Shown: positions 11,359 to 22,715, numbered from the stretch's first letter. The stretch: DNA of 64,000 bases from Alphaproteobacteria bacterium (GCA_963555825.3 CAUVXB020000002.1:1248001-1312000), one strand, 5' to 3'. The notes: generated by a model from the sequence alone, not told the origin. Numbers and translations are program-made.

Positions 11359-12084
11359 TCACGTCATATATTGGCCGCCGTTGATCGTCAGCGTCGAGCC
11401 GGTGATGAAGCCGGCGTCCTCGGCGGCGAGGAACACGACGGCGCGGCCGATCTCGGCGGCCTCGCCGAGCCGGCCGGCCGGGATGAGCGGCAGGATCTTG
11501 GTCTTCAGCACGTCCTCGGGCACCGCGCGCACCATTTCGGTGGCGATATAGCCGGGCGCGATGGCGTTCACCGTGATGCCCTTGAAGGCGTTCTCCTGCG
11601 CCAACGCCTTGGTGAAGCCGATCACGCCGGCCTTGGCGGCCGAATAATTGGCCTGGCCCATCTGGCCCTTCTGGCCGTTGATCGAGCTGATCGAGACGAT
11701 GCGCCCGAAGCCGCGCGCGCGCATGCCCTCGAGGACGCCGCGCGACATGTTGAACACCGAATCGAGGTTGGTGCGGATAACCGCCTGCCAGTTCTCGAGC
11801 GACGTCTTGTGCAACATGCCGTCGCGCGTGATGCCGGCGTTGTTGACCAGCACGTCGACCGGGCCGAGATCGGCCTCGACCTGTGCGATGCCCGCCTGAC
11901 AGGCGTCGAAGTCGCCGACGTCCCAGCGATACGCCGCGATGCCGGTCGCCGCGGTGAACGCCTCGGCCGCCTCGACATTGCCGCCGTAATTGGCGGCGAC
12001 CGTGTGGCCGGCGTCCTTGAGCGCGATCGAGATCGCCTCGCCGATGCCCCGGGTGCCGCCGGTCACCAATGCTACACGCGCCAT
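11359..12084 (-). CDS. phaB: Acetoacetyl-CoA reductase
   Basis: TGGTRGIG, NNAGITRD, SSINGQKGQMGQANYSAAK; downstream of thiolase. Confidence 0.95.
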   Translation of the reverse strand: MARVALVTGGTRGIGEAISIALKDAGHTVAANYGGNVEAAEAFTAATGIAAYRWDVGDFDACQAGIAQVEADLGPVDVLVNNAGITRDGMLHKTSLENWQAVIRTNLDSVFNMSRGVLEGMRARGFGRIVSISSINGQKGQMGQANYSAAKAGVIGFTKALAQENAFKGITVNAIAPGYIATEMVRAVPEDVLKTKILPLIPAGRLGEAAEIGRAVVFLAAEDAGFITGSTLTINGGQYMT

Positions 12085-12112
12085 AGTACCCTCCCCCGTT
12101 ATCGCGCCGCGG

Positions 12113-13288
12113 TCAGTCGCGGGCGACGCACATGGCGATGCCCATGCCGCCGCCGATGCACAGTGTCGCCAGGCCCTTCTTGGCGTCGCGCTTGGCCATC
12201 TCGTACAACAGCGTGGTCAGCACGCGCGCGCCCGAGGCGCCGATCGGATGGCCGAGCGCGATGGCGCCGCCGTTGACGTTGACCTTGGCGGTGTCCCAGC
12301 CGAGGTCCTTGTTGACGGCGCAGGCCTGGGCGGCGAACGCCTCGTTGGCCTCGACCAGGTCGAGATCGTCGGCCGACCAGCCGGCGCGCTCGAGCGCCTT
12401 CCTGCTGGCCGGGATCGGGCCCGAACCCATGATCGCCGGATCGACGCCGGCCTGTGCCCAGGAGACGATGCGCGCCATCGGCGTGATACCCCGCCTCGCG
12501 GCTTCGTCCGCGGTCATCAGCACGGTCGCCGCGGCGCCGTCGTTGATGCCCGAGGCGTTGCCGGCGGTCACCGTGCCGTCCTTGACGAAGGCCGGGCGAA
12601 GTTTGGCGAGCGACTCGGCCGTCGTGCCGTGGCGTGGATGCTCGTCGGTATCGACGACGGTCTCGCCCTTGCGCGTCTTGATCGTCACCGGGACGATCTC
12701 GTCGGCGAAACGGCCGGCGGTCTGCGCGGCTTCGGCCTTCTGCTGCGAGGCGGCGGCGAACGTGTCCTGCTGCTCGCGCGTGATCTGCCAACGCTCGGCG
12801 ACGTTCTCGGCGGTGTTGCCCATGTGATAGCCGTTGAAGGCGTCCCACAGGCCGTCCTTTACCATGGTGTCGACCAGCTCGGCCGGGCCCAGCTTGGTGC
12901 CGTTGCGCATGTGCACGCAGTGCGGCGCCTGGCTCATGTTCTCCTGGCCGCCGGCGACGACGATGTCGCTGTCGCCATTGAGGATCGCCTGGTAGCCGAG
13001 CGCCACCGCGCGCAGGCCCGAGCCGCACAGCTGGTTGACGCCCCAGGCCGGCACTTCGACCGGGATGTCGGCGCCGATTGAAGCCTGGCGCGCTGGGTTC
13101 TGGCCCTGCCCGGCGCCCAGAATCTGGCCCAGGATGACCTCGGAGACCTCGCCCGGCTCGACGCCGGCGCGCTTCATCGCCTCGGCGATCGCCACGCTGC
13201 CCAGCGCCGAAGCGGCGAGCGTGCTCAGGCCGCCCGAGAAGGCGCCGACGGGCGTGCGAGCGGCGCTGGCGATTACGATATCGGTCAT
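12113..13288 (-). CDS. phaA: Acetyl-CoA acetyltransferase (beta-ketothiolase)
   Basis: [36 protein letters not shown]. Confidence 0.95.
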   Translation of the reverse strand: MTDIVIASAARTPVGAFSGGLSTLAASALGSVAIAEAMKRAGVEPGEVSEVILGQILGAGQGQNPARQASIGADIPVEVPAWGVNQLCGSGLRAVALGYQAILNGDSDIVVAGGQENMSQAPHCVHMRNGTKLGPAELVDTMVKDGLWDAFNGYHMGNTAENVAERWQITREQQDTFAAASQQKAEAAQTAGRFADEIVPVTIKTRKGETVVDTDEHPRHGTTAESLAKLRPAFVKDGTVTAGNASGINDGAAATVLMTADEAARRGITPMARIVSWAQAGVDPAIMGSGPIPASRKALERAGWSADDLDLVEANEAFAAQACAVNKDLGWDTAKVNVNGGAIALGHPIGASGARVLTTLLYEMAKRDAKKGLATLCIGGGMGIAMCVARD

Positions 13289-13402
13289 GGCTGTCTCCTC
13301 ATGTCGCATGGGCCTCGAAGCGGCCCGATTGGCGTGGAACTGTCGACACGGCGCGTCGGATCCAGAATGTAGAGGCGCGCCGGGCAAATGCAACGGAAAA
13401 TA

Positions 13403-13414
13403 TGCTGCACTGCA
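13403..13414 (-). promoter_or_regulatory. Putative PhaR operator upstream of phaA
   Basis: TGCAGTGCAGCA matches the rhizobial PhaR motif TGCRNYGCASMA. Confidence 0.65.
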
Positions 13415-13433
13415 AACCGATAGCCCGGCGGCG

Positions 13434-14672
13434 TCATGGCAGCCGCCTCAGCCAGTCGGCGAGCGGCCGCCACAGGTGGCGCGGGCCGGCCCCGCCGACG
13501 ACCATGCCGATATGGCCGACCGGCGGCACCAAGCGTTCGGCGCCGGGGATCGCCTCGGCGAGTGCGGCGGCCGAGGCCGGCGGCACGATGCGGTCGCGCT
13601 TGGGCACGACGACCAGCGCGGGCATATTGAGATCGCCCGGGCGCACCGGCGTGTCGTCGATACGCCAACAGCCGCGCGCCGGCGTGTTGTGGCCGTACCA
13701 ATCGACCAGACATTCGCGCGCGACCGGCGCTGTCAGCGCGACGCCGTCGTTGAGCCAGTCCTCGAGCGCGACGAAGAACGCGGCCTCGTCGCTCGCAGGG
13801 TCGAGGCGTGCGAAGGCGCGGAACTTATTGGCCACGAGATTGGGGTCGAGCGCGGTGAACATCGCCTGGATCAGGTCGACGGGCAGTTCGCCGCAGGCCT
13901 CGACCAGGGCCGTCAGCGGCGCCTCGGCGGCGCCCAGGAGGCGCGCATGCGCGGCGTTGTCGGCGTGGAAGTCCCACGGCGTCGCCAGCAGCGCGAGACC
14001 CCGCACTTCGGCCGGCCGGCGCAGCGCCAGCGCCAACGCGAGCAGCCCGCCCATGCAATAGCCGACGACCGCGACCGGGCCGCCGCTCGCCTCGAGCGCG
14101 GCATCGAGCGCGGCGTCGAGCCGCCCGGCGACGTAGTCGGTCAGCGTCATGTCCCGCTCGGCCTCGCCCGGCGCGCCCCAGTCGACCAGCATGGGGCGCA
14201 CGCCATGACCCGCCAGATGGCGCATCAGGCTGCGCCGCTTGGTGAGATCCAGGATGTAGGCGCGGTTGACCAGCGACGGCACGAAAAGGGCGGCGACATC
14301 GAACGGCTTGCGCCGTCGGGCGCCGAAATCGAGCAGCCGCGTCGCGCCATCGCGCCACGGCACGGGAGGGTCTTGCAACGGCCGGCGGTAGGGATGGTCG
14401 GTGTAGGCCTCAATTCCGGCGAGCATTTCGCCGAGGCGGCGCGTCGCCTCGCCGGCGAGCGCCGCGCCGAGCGCGTCAGCCGCGGCGTTTTCGAGGCTTG
14501 GCGCGAGCGCCGCCGCCTGCGCCGCCAGTCCCGCGTTCCAGGGCAGCGAGCCGCTCTTCGCAAGCGGCAAGGCGGCGATCGAGCTCGACCAGACGCTCGT
14601 CGCCCGCGCCAGGTGCAGCGGCAGCGGCCGGGGTCCCGCCCGCGGCGGCGGTGAATGCGGCGATGCCGGCAT
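13434..14672 (-). CDS. PHA synthase-like alpha/beta hydrolase (class III PhaC-type)
   Basis: [15 protein letters not shown], lipase box GYCMGG, Asp (RDRIVP), His (GHIG); start uncertain (alternative ATG at 14426). Confidence 0.82.
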   Translation of the reverse strand: MPASPHSPPPRAGPRPLPLHLARATSVWSSSIAALPLAKSGSLPWNAGLAAQAAALAPSLENAAADALGAALAGEATRRLGEMLAGIEAYTDHPYRRPLQDPPVPWRDGATRLLDFGARRRKPFDVAALFVPSLVNRAYILDLTKRRSLMRHLAGHGVRPMLVDWGAPGEAERDMTLTDYVAGRLDAALDAALEASGGPVAVVGYCMGGLLALALALRRPAEVRGLALLATPWDFHADNAAHARLLGAAEAPLTALVEACGELPVDLIQAMFTALDPNLVANKFRAFARLDPASDEAAFFVALEDWLNDGVALTAPVARECLVDWYGHNTPARGCWRIDDTPVRPGDLNMPALVVVPKRDRIVPPASAAALAEAIPGAERLVPPVGHIGMVVGGAGPRHLWRPLADWLRRLP

Positions 14673-14844
14673 GGGCTTGGCCTCCCGGTGCGACGTGTGA
14701 GGCGCCTGGTGCGCCCGGCGCGCCCGCCATCAGTTGGGCGATCCAGTCGGTGAGCGCCGGGTCCGAGACCGATGCGGCGACCTGCGCCTGCCACAGGTCG
14801 AGAAATCGCTTGGCGAGGGCGTCGAGGTCGGGCGCGTCGGACAT
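14476..14844 (-). CDS. Small hypothetical protein with coiled-coil and basic tail (possible PhaE-like partner)
   Basis: MSDAPDLDALAKRFLDLWQAQV...[17 protein letters not shown]...KPRKRRG; directly upstream of the synthase. Confidence 0.65.
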   Translation of the reverse strand: MSDAPDLDALAKRFLDLWQAQVAASVSDPALTDWIAQLMAGAPGAPGASHVAPGGQAHAGIAAFTAAAGGTPAAAAAPGAGDERLVELDRRLAACEERLAALERGTGGAGGGARAKPRKRRG

Positions 14845-14928
14845 CGGCCGACTATACGCGAGGCCATCCGCGCGCGCCACCGTGGCTGCCCCGATGGCGG
14901 CCATCCATTTGCGCCGCATTGCAGTAAT

Positions 14929-14940
14929 TGCAGCGCAGCA
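14929..14940 (+). promoter_or_regulatory. Putative PhaR operator in the divergent phaR promoter
   Basis: TGCAGCGCAGCA, exact match to TGCRNYGCASMA. Confidence 0.7.
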
Positions 14941-15015
14941 AAAGCTATTGTAGGCTTGCTGCCCGTTGTGGCCGATTGTCGAACGACGGTCCGCATTCCT
15001 CGAGCCAGGACAGCC

Positions 15016-15645
15016 ATGGCAAGCAAGCGCGACAACGCCGACGGGACCGAGCCGGTTACCATCAAGAAATACGCCAACCGTCGGCTCTACAACACGGCGA
15101 CCTCGAGTTACGTCACGCTCGACCACCTCTGCGAGATGGTCAAGGACGGCACCGATTTCGTGGTCTATGACGCCAAGTCCGGCGAGGACATCACGCACAC
15201 GGTGCTAACCCAGATCATCATGGAGGAGGAGAGCAAGGGTCATAACCTGTTGCCAATCAAGTTCCTGCGCCAGCTCATCCCGTTTTACGGCGACAGCCTG
15301 GCGGGTTTCGTACCGCGCTATCTCGAGGTCTCGATGGACTCCTTCTCGCGCGACCAGGAGCGCATGCGCGCCTATCTCGAGCAGGCCTTCGGCGGCTTCT
15401 TCCCGTTCAAGCAGTTCGAGGAGATGGGCAAGGCCAACATGGCCATCTTCCAACGCACCATGAACATGTTCGCGCCGCCCGGCGGCGGCGACGCGTCCCT
15501 GGGAGGTGGCGGGGACGTTGGCGGCGGCAACCGCGAGGGCGGCGCGGCGGCGGACGCGGCGGAACCCGAACTCGGCGATCTCAAACTGAAGCTCGACGCC
15601 ATGCAGCGCCAACTCGACGCACTCGCCAAGAAAGACGGCGATTAG
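15016..15645 (+). CDS. phaR: Polyhydroxyalkanoate synthesis repressor
   Basis: TIKKYANRRLYNTATSSYVTL, DAKSGEDIT, FLRQLI. Confidence 0.95.
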   Translation: MASKRDNADGTEPVTIKKYANRRLYNTATSSYVTLDHLCEMVKDGTDFVVYDAKSGEDITHTVLTQIIMEEESKGHNLLPIKFLRQLIPFYGDSLAGFVPRYLEVSMDSFSRDQERMRAYLEQAFGGFFPFKQFEEMGKANMAIFQRTMNMFAPPGGGDASLGGGGDVGGGNREGGAAADAAEPELGDLKLKLDAMQRQLDALAKKDGD

Positions 15646-15684
15646 CCCGTCCCCGGCCCGCTCAGCCTTTTACCCGCCCCCACC

Positions 15685-15703
15685 AATGGGGCCAGACACC
15701 ATT
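15685..15703. repeat. Single degenerate GGTGTCWGACACC REP-like hairpin
   Basis: AATGGGGCCAGACACCATT, 2 mismatches to the copy at 26712. Confidence 0.6.
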
Positions 15704-15725
15704 TCGACTCTGCCGAGGCGCGCGC

Positions 15726-17255
15726 CTAGCGTAGTTCGCGTTTGAGGATCTTGCCGGTCGCGGTCAGCGGCAGCGCGTCGCGGATCTCGACCAGGCGGGG
15801 GTATTTATGCGCCGCCATGTTCTCGCGCGCCCAGGCGACGACCGCCTCGGCGGTCAGCTTGGCGCCCTCGACCGGCACGACGAAGGCCTTGACCTCCTCG
15901 CCATAGCGCGCGTCCGCGACGCCGACGACGGCGCAGAGCGACACCTTGGGATGCGTCGTCAGCATGTCCTCGACCTCGGCCGGATAGACGTTGAAGCCGC
16001 CGCGGATGATCAGCTCCTTGATGCGCCCGACGATGTAGAGATAGCCGTCCTCGTCGAGCCGGCCGAGATCGCCGGTGTGGTACCAGCCGTCGCGGATCGC
16101 CTCGGCCGTCGCCTCGGGCCGCTTGTAATAGCCCTTCATGACGCAGTGGCCCTTGACGGCGATCTCGCCGACCTCGCCGATCGGCAGCGCCGCGCCATTG
16201 GCGTCGACGATGCGGACCTCGACACCCCACACCGCCTTGCCGACCGAACCCGGCCGGGCCGGCGCGTCGGGCGGCTGCAGGACGACGACGGGCGAGGTCT
16301 CGGTGCAACCGTAGCCCTCGAGCAAGGGCACCCCGGTGCGCGCCTCGAAATCGTCGACCACCGCCTGCGGCATGGCCGCGCCGCCGGTGCCGGCGAACTC
16401 GAGCGTGTTGGCCAGATGCTTGCCGGCGATGCGGTCGAAATCGGCGTGGTCGAGCATGGCGTGGAACATCGTCGGCACGCCGCCGAAGCGCGTGACGCCC
16501 TCGTCGATCAGCATGCGGATCGCCGCGCCCGGCTCGAAGCGCTGCATCAGCACCAGCGTGTCGCCGACGTGGACGCCCTGGTGCATCAGGCTGGTCTGGG
16601 CATAGACGTGGAACAGCGGCAGCGCAACGAGCTGGACCTGTGCGCGGCGCGCCGGGTAGACCGCCGCCACGGTCAGCACGTTCATGACGATGTTGGCGTG
16701 CGTCAATTCGGCGCCCTTGGGCTGCCCAGTCGTGCCCGAGGTGTAGAGGATCACCGCGGTCTGCTCGGCCGGCGTCACCGCAGGTTCGACGCGGTTCGCC
16801 GCGCCGGCCAACAGCGCCTCGAAAGCTTCGGCCGCTGGCGGTCGATCGCCGTCGCCGAAGAGCCACAGGCGCCGACAGTGCGCGGTCAGCGCGAACGCCT
16901 CGGCACCCCGGCGGCCCAGTTCGCCGTCGTCGCCGGCGAAACAAATCAAGGCGTCGGCATCCGAATCGTCGAGGTAGTAGGCGATCTCGCGCACCGTCGA
17001 CAGGGGGCTGACCGTGACCACCGTGCCGCCGATCGTCAGCACGGCGTAGTAGACGATGATGAATTCGGGCCGGTTCGGGCTGCACAGCGCGACGTGATCG
17101 CCGGCGCCGAGGCCCGCCGCGCGCAAACCCTCGGCGACGCGGCCGACGGTATCGGCCAGCCCGGCATAGTTCAGCCGCTCGTCCTCGAAGACGATGGCGG
17201 TGCGCTCGGGATGGCTGAGCGCGGCGTTCTGCAATAGCGAGGCGGCGTTCAGCAT
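15726..17255 (-). CDS. Long-chain acyl-CoA ligase (AMP-binding)
   Basis: YTSGTTGQPKG, EGYGCTET, TGDLG, GRIKELIIRGG, TGK. Confidence 0.92.
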   Translation of the reverse strand: MLNAASLLQNAALSHPERTAIVFEDERLNYAGLADTVGRVAEGLRAAGLGAGDHVALCSPNRPEFIIVYYAVLTIGGTVVTVSPLSTVREIAYYLDDSDADALICFAGDDGELGRRGAEAFALTAHCRRLWLFGDGDRPPAAEAFEALLAGAANRVEPAVTPAEQTAVILYTSGTTGQPKGAELTHANIVMNVLTVAAVYPARRAQVQLVALPLFHVYAQTSLMHQGVHVGDTLVLMQRFEPGAAIRMLIDEGVTRFGGVPTMFHAMLDHADFDRIAGKHLANTLEFAGTGGAAMPQAVVDDFEARTGVPLLEGYGCTETSPVVVLQPPDAPARPGSVGKAVWGVEVRIVDANGAALPIGEVGEIAVKGHCVMKGYYKRPEATAEAIRDGWYHTGDLGRLDEDGYLYIVGRIKELIIRGGFNVYPAEVEDMLTTHPKVSLCAVVGVADARYGEEVKAFVVPVEGAKLTAEAVVAWARENMAAHKYPRLVEIRDALPLTATGKILKRELR

Positions 17256-17271
17256 GGCGCTCGCGCGGCCC

Positions 17272-17922
17272 TCATGGGTGGTTGAACAAATAGGCGCCCG
17301 AGACGATGGCGACGATCCCAAAGCCCAAGATCAGGATGCCCGAGACACGGTTGATCCACATCAGGAAATGCGGCCCGACGCGGTGGCGCAGCGCGCCGAC
17401 GCCGGCACTCAGGCCAAGCCACCAGATCGTCGAGCCGAGAAACACGCCGGTCACCAGCGTCGAGGCGCCGATTACGCCGATGCCCTTGGTGGCGATGCCG
17501 ATGCCAGCGAAGACCGCGAGGAACGACAGCACCGTCGCCGGGTTGGTCAGGGTCAGCGCCAGGGTCGAGCCGAAGGCGCCAACCAGCGCCGTGGTGCCGA
17601 TCGGCCCGCTCTCGCCCGAGGCGGTTTCGCGGGCCAGGGCGCGGGCGAAGGTGCGAATGCCCAGATAACACAGGAAGCCGCCACCGATCAGGCGCAGCCA
17701 CGCGTTGTGCGTGATCAGGAAGTCCGAGATGACGCTCAGCCCCAACGCGGCGACCGCGCCGTAGGCCGCGTCGGCCACCGCGGCGCCGAGCCCCGAGTAG
17801 AGCCCGACCACCGGACCCAGCAACAGCGTGCGACGCACGCACAACACGCCGATCGGCCCGACCGGCGCGGCGATCATCAAACCGACGACGACGCCCTTGA
17901 CGAAGAGGCCGGGATCAATCAT
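17272..17922 (-). CDS. LysE family translocator
   Basis: IAAPVGPIGVLC, GLGAAVAD, LTLTNP; about six TM segments. Confidence 0.9.
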   Translation of the reverse strand: MIDPGLFVKGVVVGLMIAAPVGPIGVLCVRRTLLLGPVVGLYSGLGAAVADAAYGAVAALGLSVISDFLITHNAWLRLIGGGFLCYLGIRTFARALARETASGESGPIGTTALVGAFGSTLALTLTNPATVLSFLAVFAGIGIATKGIGVIGASTLVTGVFLGSTIWWLGLSAGVGALRHRVGPHFLMWINRVSGILILGFGIVAIVSGAYLFNHP

Positions 17923-17942
17923 TCACGACCGCCTGGCAACGG

Positions 17943-18049
17943 CTAGCGCATGATCCGCGACCGCGGGCCGTCGACCGTTCGACGAAAGCATGCGCGGCAA
18001 TTGAGCGCAGGTCACCTTTACGCAGTAAAGATGACCGCACAATACGCTA
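17943..18049 (-). repeat. Structured dispersed repeat (TAGAGCAT-ended family), internally deleted copy
   Basis: CTAGCGCATGATCCG...TTGAGCGCAGGTCA...GATGACCGCACAA; reverse complement of the copies at 25.0 and 32.3 kb. Confidence 0.75.
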
Positions 18050-19636
18050 ATACCCCAGCGCGCAGCCATCCTTGCGCGGGTCCGAACCGCCGGTCAGCAC
18101 GCCGCGCTGCCAGTCAATGCGGATCGCCTGGCCGCCGCCCATGGGTCCCTCGGACCGCGCGACCCGGTGGCCGAGCGCGGCGAGGCCCTCGGCGACCTCG
18201 TCGCTCACGCCGGTCTCGACGTCGAGCACGTCGCCGTAACAGAAGACCCTCGCAAGGTCGAGCGCCTCCTGGACGTCCATGCCGTGGTCGATGACGTTGG
18301 TCAGGAAGTGGCAGTGGCCGAACGGCTGGTAGTGGCCGCCCATGACGCCGAACGGCATGTCGACGCGGCCGTCCTTGAGCGCCATGCCGGGGATGATCGT
18401 ATGCATCGGGCGTTTCGACGGCGCGATGCAGTTCGGATGGCCCGGCTGAACGACGAAGCCGGCGCCCCGGCTCTGCAGCACGACGCCGCTCTGGGGCGCC
18501 ATGATGCCGCTGCCGAAGCCCGCGAACAGCGAGTTGATGAAGCTGATCGCGTTGCGGTCCTCGTCGACCACCGTGAGATAGACCGTGTCGCCGTGCTCGG
18601 GGAAGGCGATCGGTGGCAGATTGCTGAGCACGCCGTCGCGCCGGATGCGCGCGCGCGCCTCGGCCGCGTGCGCTTCCGACAGCAGCGCCTCGACCGGCAC
18701 CTCCGACTGATCCGGGTCGGCGATCAACGCGTCGCGGTCGCAGAACGCCAGCCGGCCGGCCTCGACCTCGAGATGCAGCCGATCGACGCCCAGTGGGTCG
18801 AGTTCAGCCAAATCGTAGCCGGCCAGGATGTTGAGCATGATCAGGACGACGATGCCTTGGCCGTTGGGCGGGCATTGGTAGATTTCGTGGCCCCGGTAAT
18901 CGGTCTTGATCGGCGTGACATAATCACCGCCGGCGGCCGCGAAGTCGTCGAGCGTGTGCAGCCCGCCCAGCGCGTTCAGCTTGGCGACGATGTCCTCGGC
19001 GACGCGGCCGGTGTAGAAGCCGGCGCGGCCCTCGCGGGCGATCGTGCGCAGCGTCTCGGCGAGCGCCGGCTGGCGGTGGGTCGCGCCGACGCCAGGGCTC
19101 TGGCCGCCGTCGAGCAGGATGCGCGTCGCATCCTCGTCGCGAAGCAGCTTGTCGACGCAACCAGCCCAGGCGCTGGCGACGCGCGGCAGCACGGCATAGC
19201 CGTCCTCGGCATAGCCGATGGCCGGCGCCAAGACCTCGTCGAGCCCCTTGCGGCCATGGTCGGCGACGAGCCGCGACCAGGCGTCGATCGCGCCCGGCAC
19301 GGTGACCGCGTGCGGGCTCAGCTCGTCGATCCGGGTCATCCCCTGATCGACGTACCAGGCGGTTTCGGCCGCCGCCGGCGAGCGGCCCGAGCCGTTGTAG
19401 GCGATGACCTCGCCGCCGCCGCCCGGCGCATAGAGCACGAAGCAGTCGCCGCCGACGCCGGTCGACATCGGCTCGACGACGCACAACACGGCGCAGGCCG
19501 CAACCGCCGCGTCGACGGCGTTGCCGCCGGCGCGCAGGATGTCGAGAGCCGCCAGGGTGGCCGCCGGATGCGAGGTCGCGGCCATTCCGTTGAGTGCGGA
19601 TACGGGCGAGCGGCCGGGCAGCTGAAAATCACGCAT
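18047..19636 (-). CDS. ggt: Gamma-glutamyltransferase family protein
   Basis: [15 protein letters not shown], autoprocessing Thr ([10 protein letters not shown]), [18 protein letters not shown]. Confidence 0.92.
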   Translation of the reverse strand: MRDFQLPGRSPVSALNGMAATSHPAATLAALDILRAGGNAVDAAVAACAVLCVVEPMSTGVGGDCFVLYAPGGGGEVIAYNGSGRSPAAAETAWYVDQGMTRIDELSPHAVTVPGAIDAWSRLVADHGRKGLDEVLAPAIGYAEDGYAVLPRVASAWAGCVDKLLRDEDATRILLDGGQSPGVGATHRQPALAETLRTIAREGRAGFYTGRVAEDIVAKLNALGGLHTLDDFAAAGGDYVTPIKTDYRGHEIYQCPPNGQGIVVLIMLNILAGYDLAELDPLGVDRLHLEVEAGRLAFCDRDALIADPDQSEVPVEALLSEAHAAEARARIRRDGVLSNLPPIAFPEHGDTVYLTVVDEDRNAISFINSLFAGFGSGIMAPQSGVVLQSRGAGFVVQPGHPNCIAPSKRPMHTIIPGMALKDGRVDMPFGVMGGHYQPFGHCHFLTNVIDHGMDVQEALDLARVFCYGDVLDVETGVSDEVAEGLAALGHRVARSEGPMGGGQAIRIDWQRGVLTGGSDPRKDGCALGY

Positions 19637-19760
19637 TAGACGTTACGCCTCCCTATCGAAGGTTCGGACAATGCCCGAGCGCCGCGCCGTTGGCAAATCC
19701 TTCGCCCGGCGATTGACAGGACCCGGCGATGCCCGACAATGGGCCGTACCAGGGGGCGCC

Positions 19761-20279
19761 ATGTCATCACGCATCTCGATCGTCGACGGCGACATCACCG
19801 CGCAGCGCGTCGACGCCATCGTCAACGCGGCGAAAAATTCGTTGCTCGGCGGCGGCGGCGTCGACGGCGCGATCCATCGCGCGGCCGGACCAGGCCTCCT
19901 GGAGGCTTGCCGGACGCTCGGCGGCTGCGCGACCGGCGACGCCAAGATCACGCCGGGCTTCGATCTCGCGGCGCGCCACGTCATCCACACCGTCGGCCCG
20001 ATCTGGCGCGGCGGCGCGGCCGACGAGGATGCGCTGCTCGCCAGTTGCTATCGGACCAGCCTGGCGCTCGCCCGGGACCACGGCCTCGCCTCGGTCGCCT
20101 TTCCGTCTATCAGCACCGGCGCCTACGGCTTCCCGCTCGAGCGTGCGACGCGCATCGCCGTAAGCGAGACCGTCGGCCATCTCGACGCCAACGAGACGCC
20201 GGAACGCGTCGTCTTCGTCTGTTTCGGCGCCGAGGCGCTTTCGTGCTACCGCGACGTCGTCGCCGAGCCGGCCGGCTGA
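19761..20279 (+). CDS. Macrodomain O-acetyl-ADP-ribose deacetylase (YmdB-like)
   Basis: [38 protein letters not shown]. Confidence 0.92.
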   Translation: MSSRISIVDGDITAQRVDAIVNAAKNSLLGGGGVDGAIHRAAGPGLLEACRTLGGCATGDAKITPGFDLAARHVIHTVGPIWRGGAADEDALLASCYRTSLALARDHGLASVAFPSISTGAYGFPLERATRIAVSETVGHLDANETPERVVFVCFGAEALSCYRDVVAEPAG

Positions 20280-20872
20280 TGGCGGCCGACGAGCATGAAA
20301 TCGTCGCGCGCGAGACGGGCTACGACGGCTTCTTCCGGCTCGACCGGCTCAGCGTCAGGTTTCGCCGCTACGACGGCGGCTGGAGCGAGATCATCACGCG
20401 CGAGGTGCTCGAGCGCGGCCACGCGGCGGGGATGCTGCTCTACGACCCGGCGCGCGACCAAGTCGTCCTGGTCGAGCAGTTCCGTGCGCCGGCGGCCGAC
20501 GCGCCGGGCGGACCCTGGCTGATCGAGACAGTCGCCGGCATCATCGATGAGGGCGAGACGCCCGAGGATGTCGCGCGGCGCGAAACGGCTGAGGAGACCT
20601 CATTGACGGTCGACGCAATCGAGCGCATCGGCGCGTTCATGCTCTCGCCGGGCGGCGCGTCCGAGTTCATCACGCTGTTCTGCGGCCGTGTCGATTCGCG
20701 CGACGCGGGCGGCGTTCACGGCATCGACGACGAAGACATCCGCACCGTCGTGATGGCCACCGACGACGCGCTCGCCGCGGTCGCCGACGGGCGCATCGTG
20801 GCGGCCAACGCCGTCATCGCATTGCAATGGCTGGCGCTCAACCGTGAACGCCTCGTCGCCGAGCTGGTATGA
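20279..20872 (+). CDS. nudF: ADP-ribose pyrophosphatase (NUDIX)
   Basis: REVLERGHA, VEQFR, Nudix box AGIIDEGETPEDVARRETAEET, SPGG; TGATG coupling to the macrodomain gene. Confidence 0.85.
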   Translation: MAADEHEIVARETGYDGFFRLDRLSVRFRRYDGGWSEIITREVLERGHAAGMLLYDPARDQVVLVEQFRAPAADAPGGPWLIETVAGIIDEGETPEDVARRETAEETSLTVDAIERIGAFMLSPGGASEFITLFCGRVDSRDAGGVHGIDDEDIRTVVMATDDALAAVADGRIVAANAVIALQWLALNRERLVAELV

Positions 20873-20902
20873 TCGACGCGCCATGGCCCGGAGGATCGAA
20901 CC

Positions 20903-21544
20903 ATGACGTCGGCGAATTCGATGCCGTTCAGGCTGGTCTGTCTCGCGGTGTTCGCGCTTGCGCTCGGCGCCTGCGGCGGGCCGGTCGAATCACGCGTCGC
21001 GCTTTCGGAGCCAGGCGCGGCGGCCTTTGATCCCCGCATTCTCGGTGACTGGTATGCCACCGAGAAGGACTTCACCTGGCACCTCAGTATCGAGGCGCGC
21101 GAGGATAGCGCCGTGCTCGACGTCGTCGGCGCCGGCCTCGGTTACACCGATGGCAAGCCGGTGCGCTGGCTGCGGATGACCGGCCATGCGTCCGAGATCG
21201 ACGGCCGACTCTACTACAACGTCCAGCGCACCGTCGGCGCCGGCGACGACTACGGCGCGGCCGACACGCCACCGGGCTATATCGTGGCGCGCGCCAATCT
21301 GGTCGACGATGAGCAGCTAGAAATTTGCTTCCTCGACGAGAGCCGGCTCAACGCGCTCATCGAAGACGGCGCGCTCGAGGGCCGCGAGGTCGTTGGCGAC
21401 TACGGTGGCGAGGAAGTGCCCTACCTGCTGATCGAGGCGCCGCGCGAACGGCTGATCGCGCTGATCCGCGAAGCGCCGCCCGGCGATCTCTTCGACTGCA
21501 CGCCCGATCCCCTCCGCCGGTTGTCACCGACTGATGGCGAGTGA
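20903..21544 (+). CDS. Hypothetical lipoprotein
   Basis: GGAGG RBS; lipobox LALGAC; DPRILGDW beta-rich lipocalin-like start. Confidence 0.75.
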   Translation: MTSANSMPFRLVCLAVFALALGACGGPVESRVALSEPGAAAFDPRILGDWYATEKDFTWHLSIEAREDSAVLDVVGAGLGYTDGKPVRWLRMTGHASEIDGRLYYNVQRTVGAGDDYGAADTPPGYIVARANLVDDEQLEICFLDESRLNALIEDGALEGREVVGDYGGEEVPYLLIEAPRERLIALIREAPPGDLFDCTPDPLRRLSPTDGE

Positions 21545-21647
21545 CCGGCGCGGCGATGCGGGCTGGCGGCGGCGGCCGTTCTTTGTTACCACGGGGCGCT
21601 GTGGGGATGCCGCCGTGGGCGGCGGCTGCTGAAGGCGGACCTGGGAC

Positions 21648-22715
21648 ATGACCGACAACGTTGCCTTGATCACCGGCGTGACCGGCCAGGACGGCGCCTA
21701 TCTCGCCGAATTGTTGCTCGCCAAGGGTTACGAGGTGCACGGCGTCAAGCGCCGCTCGTCGTCGTTCAACACCGGCCGTGTCGACCATCTCTACGCCGAC
21801 CCGCACGAGCACCAAACGCGCTTTTCCATGCACTACGGCGACCTGACCGACGCCACCAATCTGATCCGCCTGATCCACGACTGCCGACCGACCGAGATCT
21901 ACAATCTGGCGGCCCAGAGCCACGTCCAGGTCAGCTTCGAGACGCCTGAGTACACCGCCAACGCCGACGCCATCGGCCCGCTCCGCTTGCTCGAGGCGAT
22001 GCGCATCCTCAAGCTCGGCGAGACCGTGCGTTTCTATCAGGCCTCGACGTCGGAGCTCTACGGCAAGGTGATCGAGACGCCGCAGTCCGAGACCACGCCG
22101 TTTTATCCGCGCAGCCCCTACGGCGTCGCCAAGCTGTACGGTTACTGGATCACCGTGAACTACCGCGAGGCGTACGGCTTTCACGCCTCGAACGGCATCC
22201 TGTTCAACCACGAGGGGCCGACGCGCGGCGAGACCTTCGTGACGCGCAAGATCACGCGCGGCGTCGCCGCCATCGAGCACGGCCTGCAGAAACAGCTCTA
22301 TCTGGGCAATCTCGACGCTCGGCGCGACTGGGGCCACGCGCGCGACTACGTCGAGGGCATGTGGCGGATGCTGCAGCAGGACGAGGCCGACGACTACGTG
22401 CTGGCGACCGGCGAAGCGCACAGCGTGCGCGAATTCGTCGAACACGCCTTCGCCGGCGTCGGCCGGACGATCGAATGGCGCGGCGCGGGCGTCGCGGAAA
22501 CCGGTGTCGACACAGCGAACGGCGACGTGCTGGTCCAGGTCGATCCGCGCTATTTCCGCCCGACCGAGGTCGAAATGCTGCTCGGCGACCCGACCAAGGC
22601 GCGCGAGAAGCTCGGCTGGCGGCACAGCACGGGCTTCGCCGATCTGGTCCGCGAGATGGTCGAGAGCGACCTCGCCACGGTCGCCCATGACGGACGGACC
22701 GGCGATGACGGCTGA
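21648..22715 (+). CDS. gmd: GDP-mannose 4,6-dehydratase
   Basis: [50 protein letters not shown]. Confidence 0.96.
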   Translation: MTDNVALITGVTGQDGAYLAELLLAKGYEVHGVKRRSSSFNTGRVDHLYADPHEHQTRFSMHYGDLTDATNLIRLIHDCRPTEIYNLAAQSHVQVSFETPEYTANADAIGPLRLLEAMRILKLGETVRFYQASTSELYGKVIETPQSETTPFYPRSPYGVAKLYGYWITVNYREAYGFHASNGILFNHEGPTRGETFVTRKITRGVAAIEHGLQKQLYLGNLDARRDWGHARDYVEGMWRMLQQDEADDYVLATGEAHSVREFVEHAFAGVGRTIEWRGAGVAETGVDTANGDVLVQVDPRYFRPTEVEMLLGDPTKAREKLGWRHSTGFADLVREMVESDLATVAHDGRTGDDG

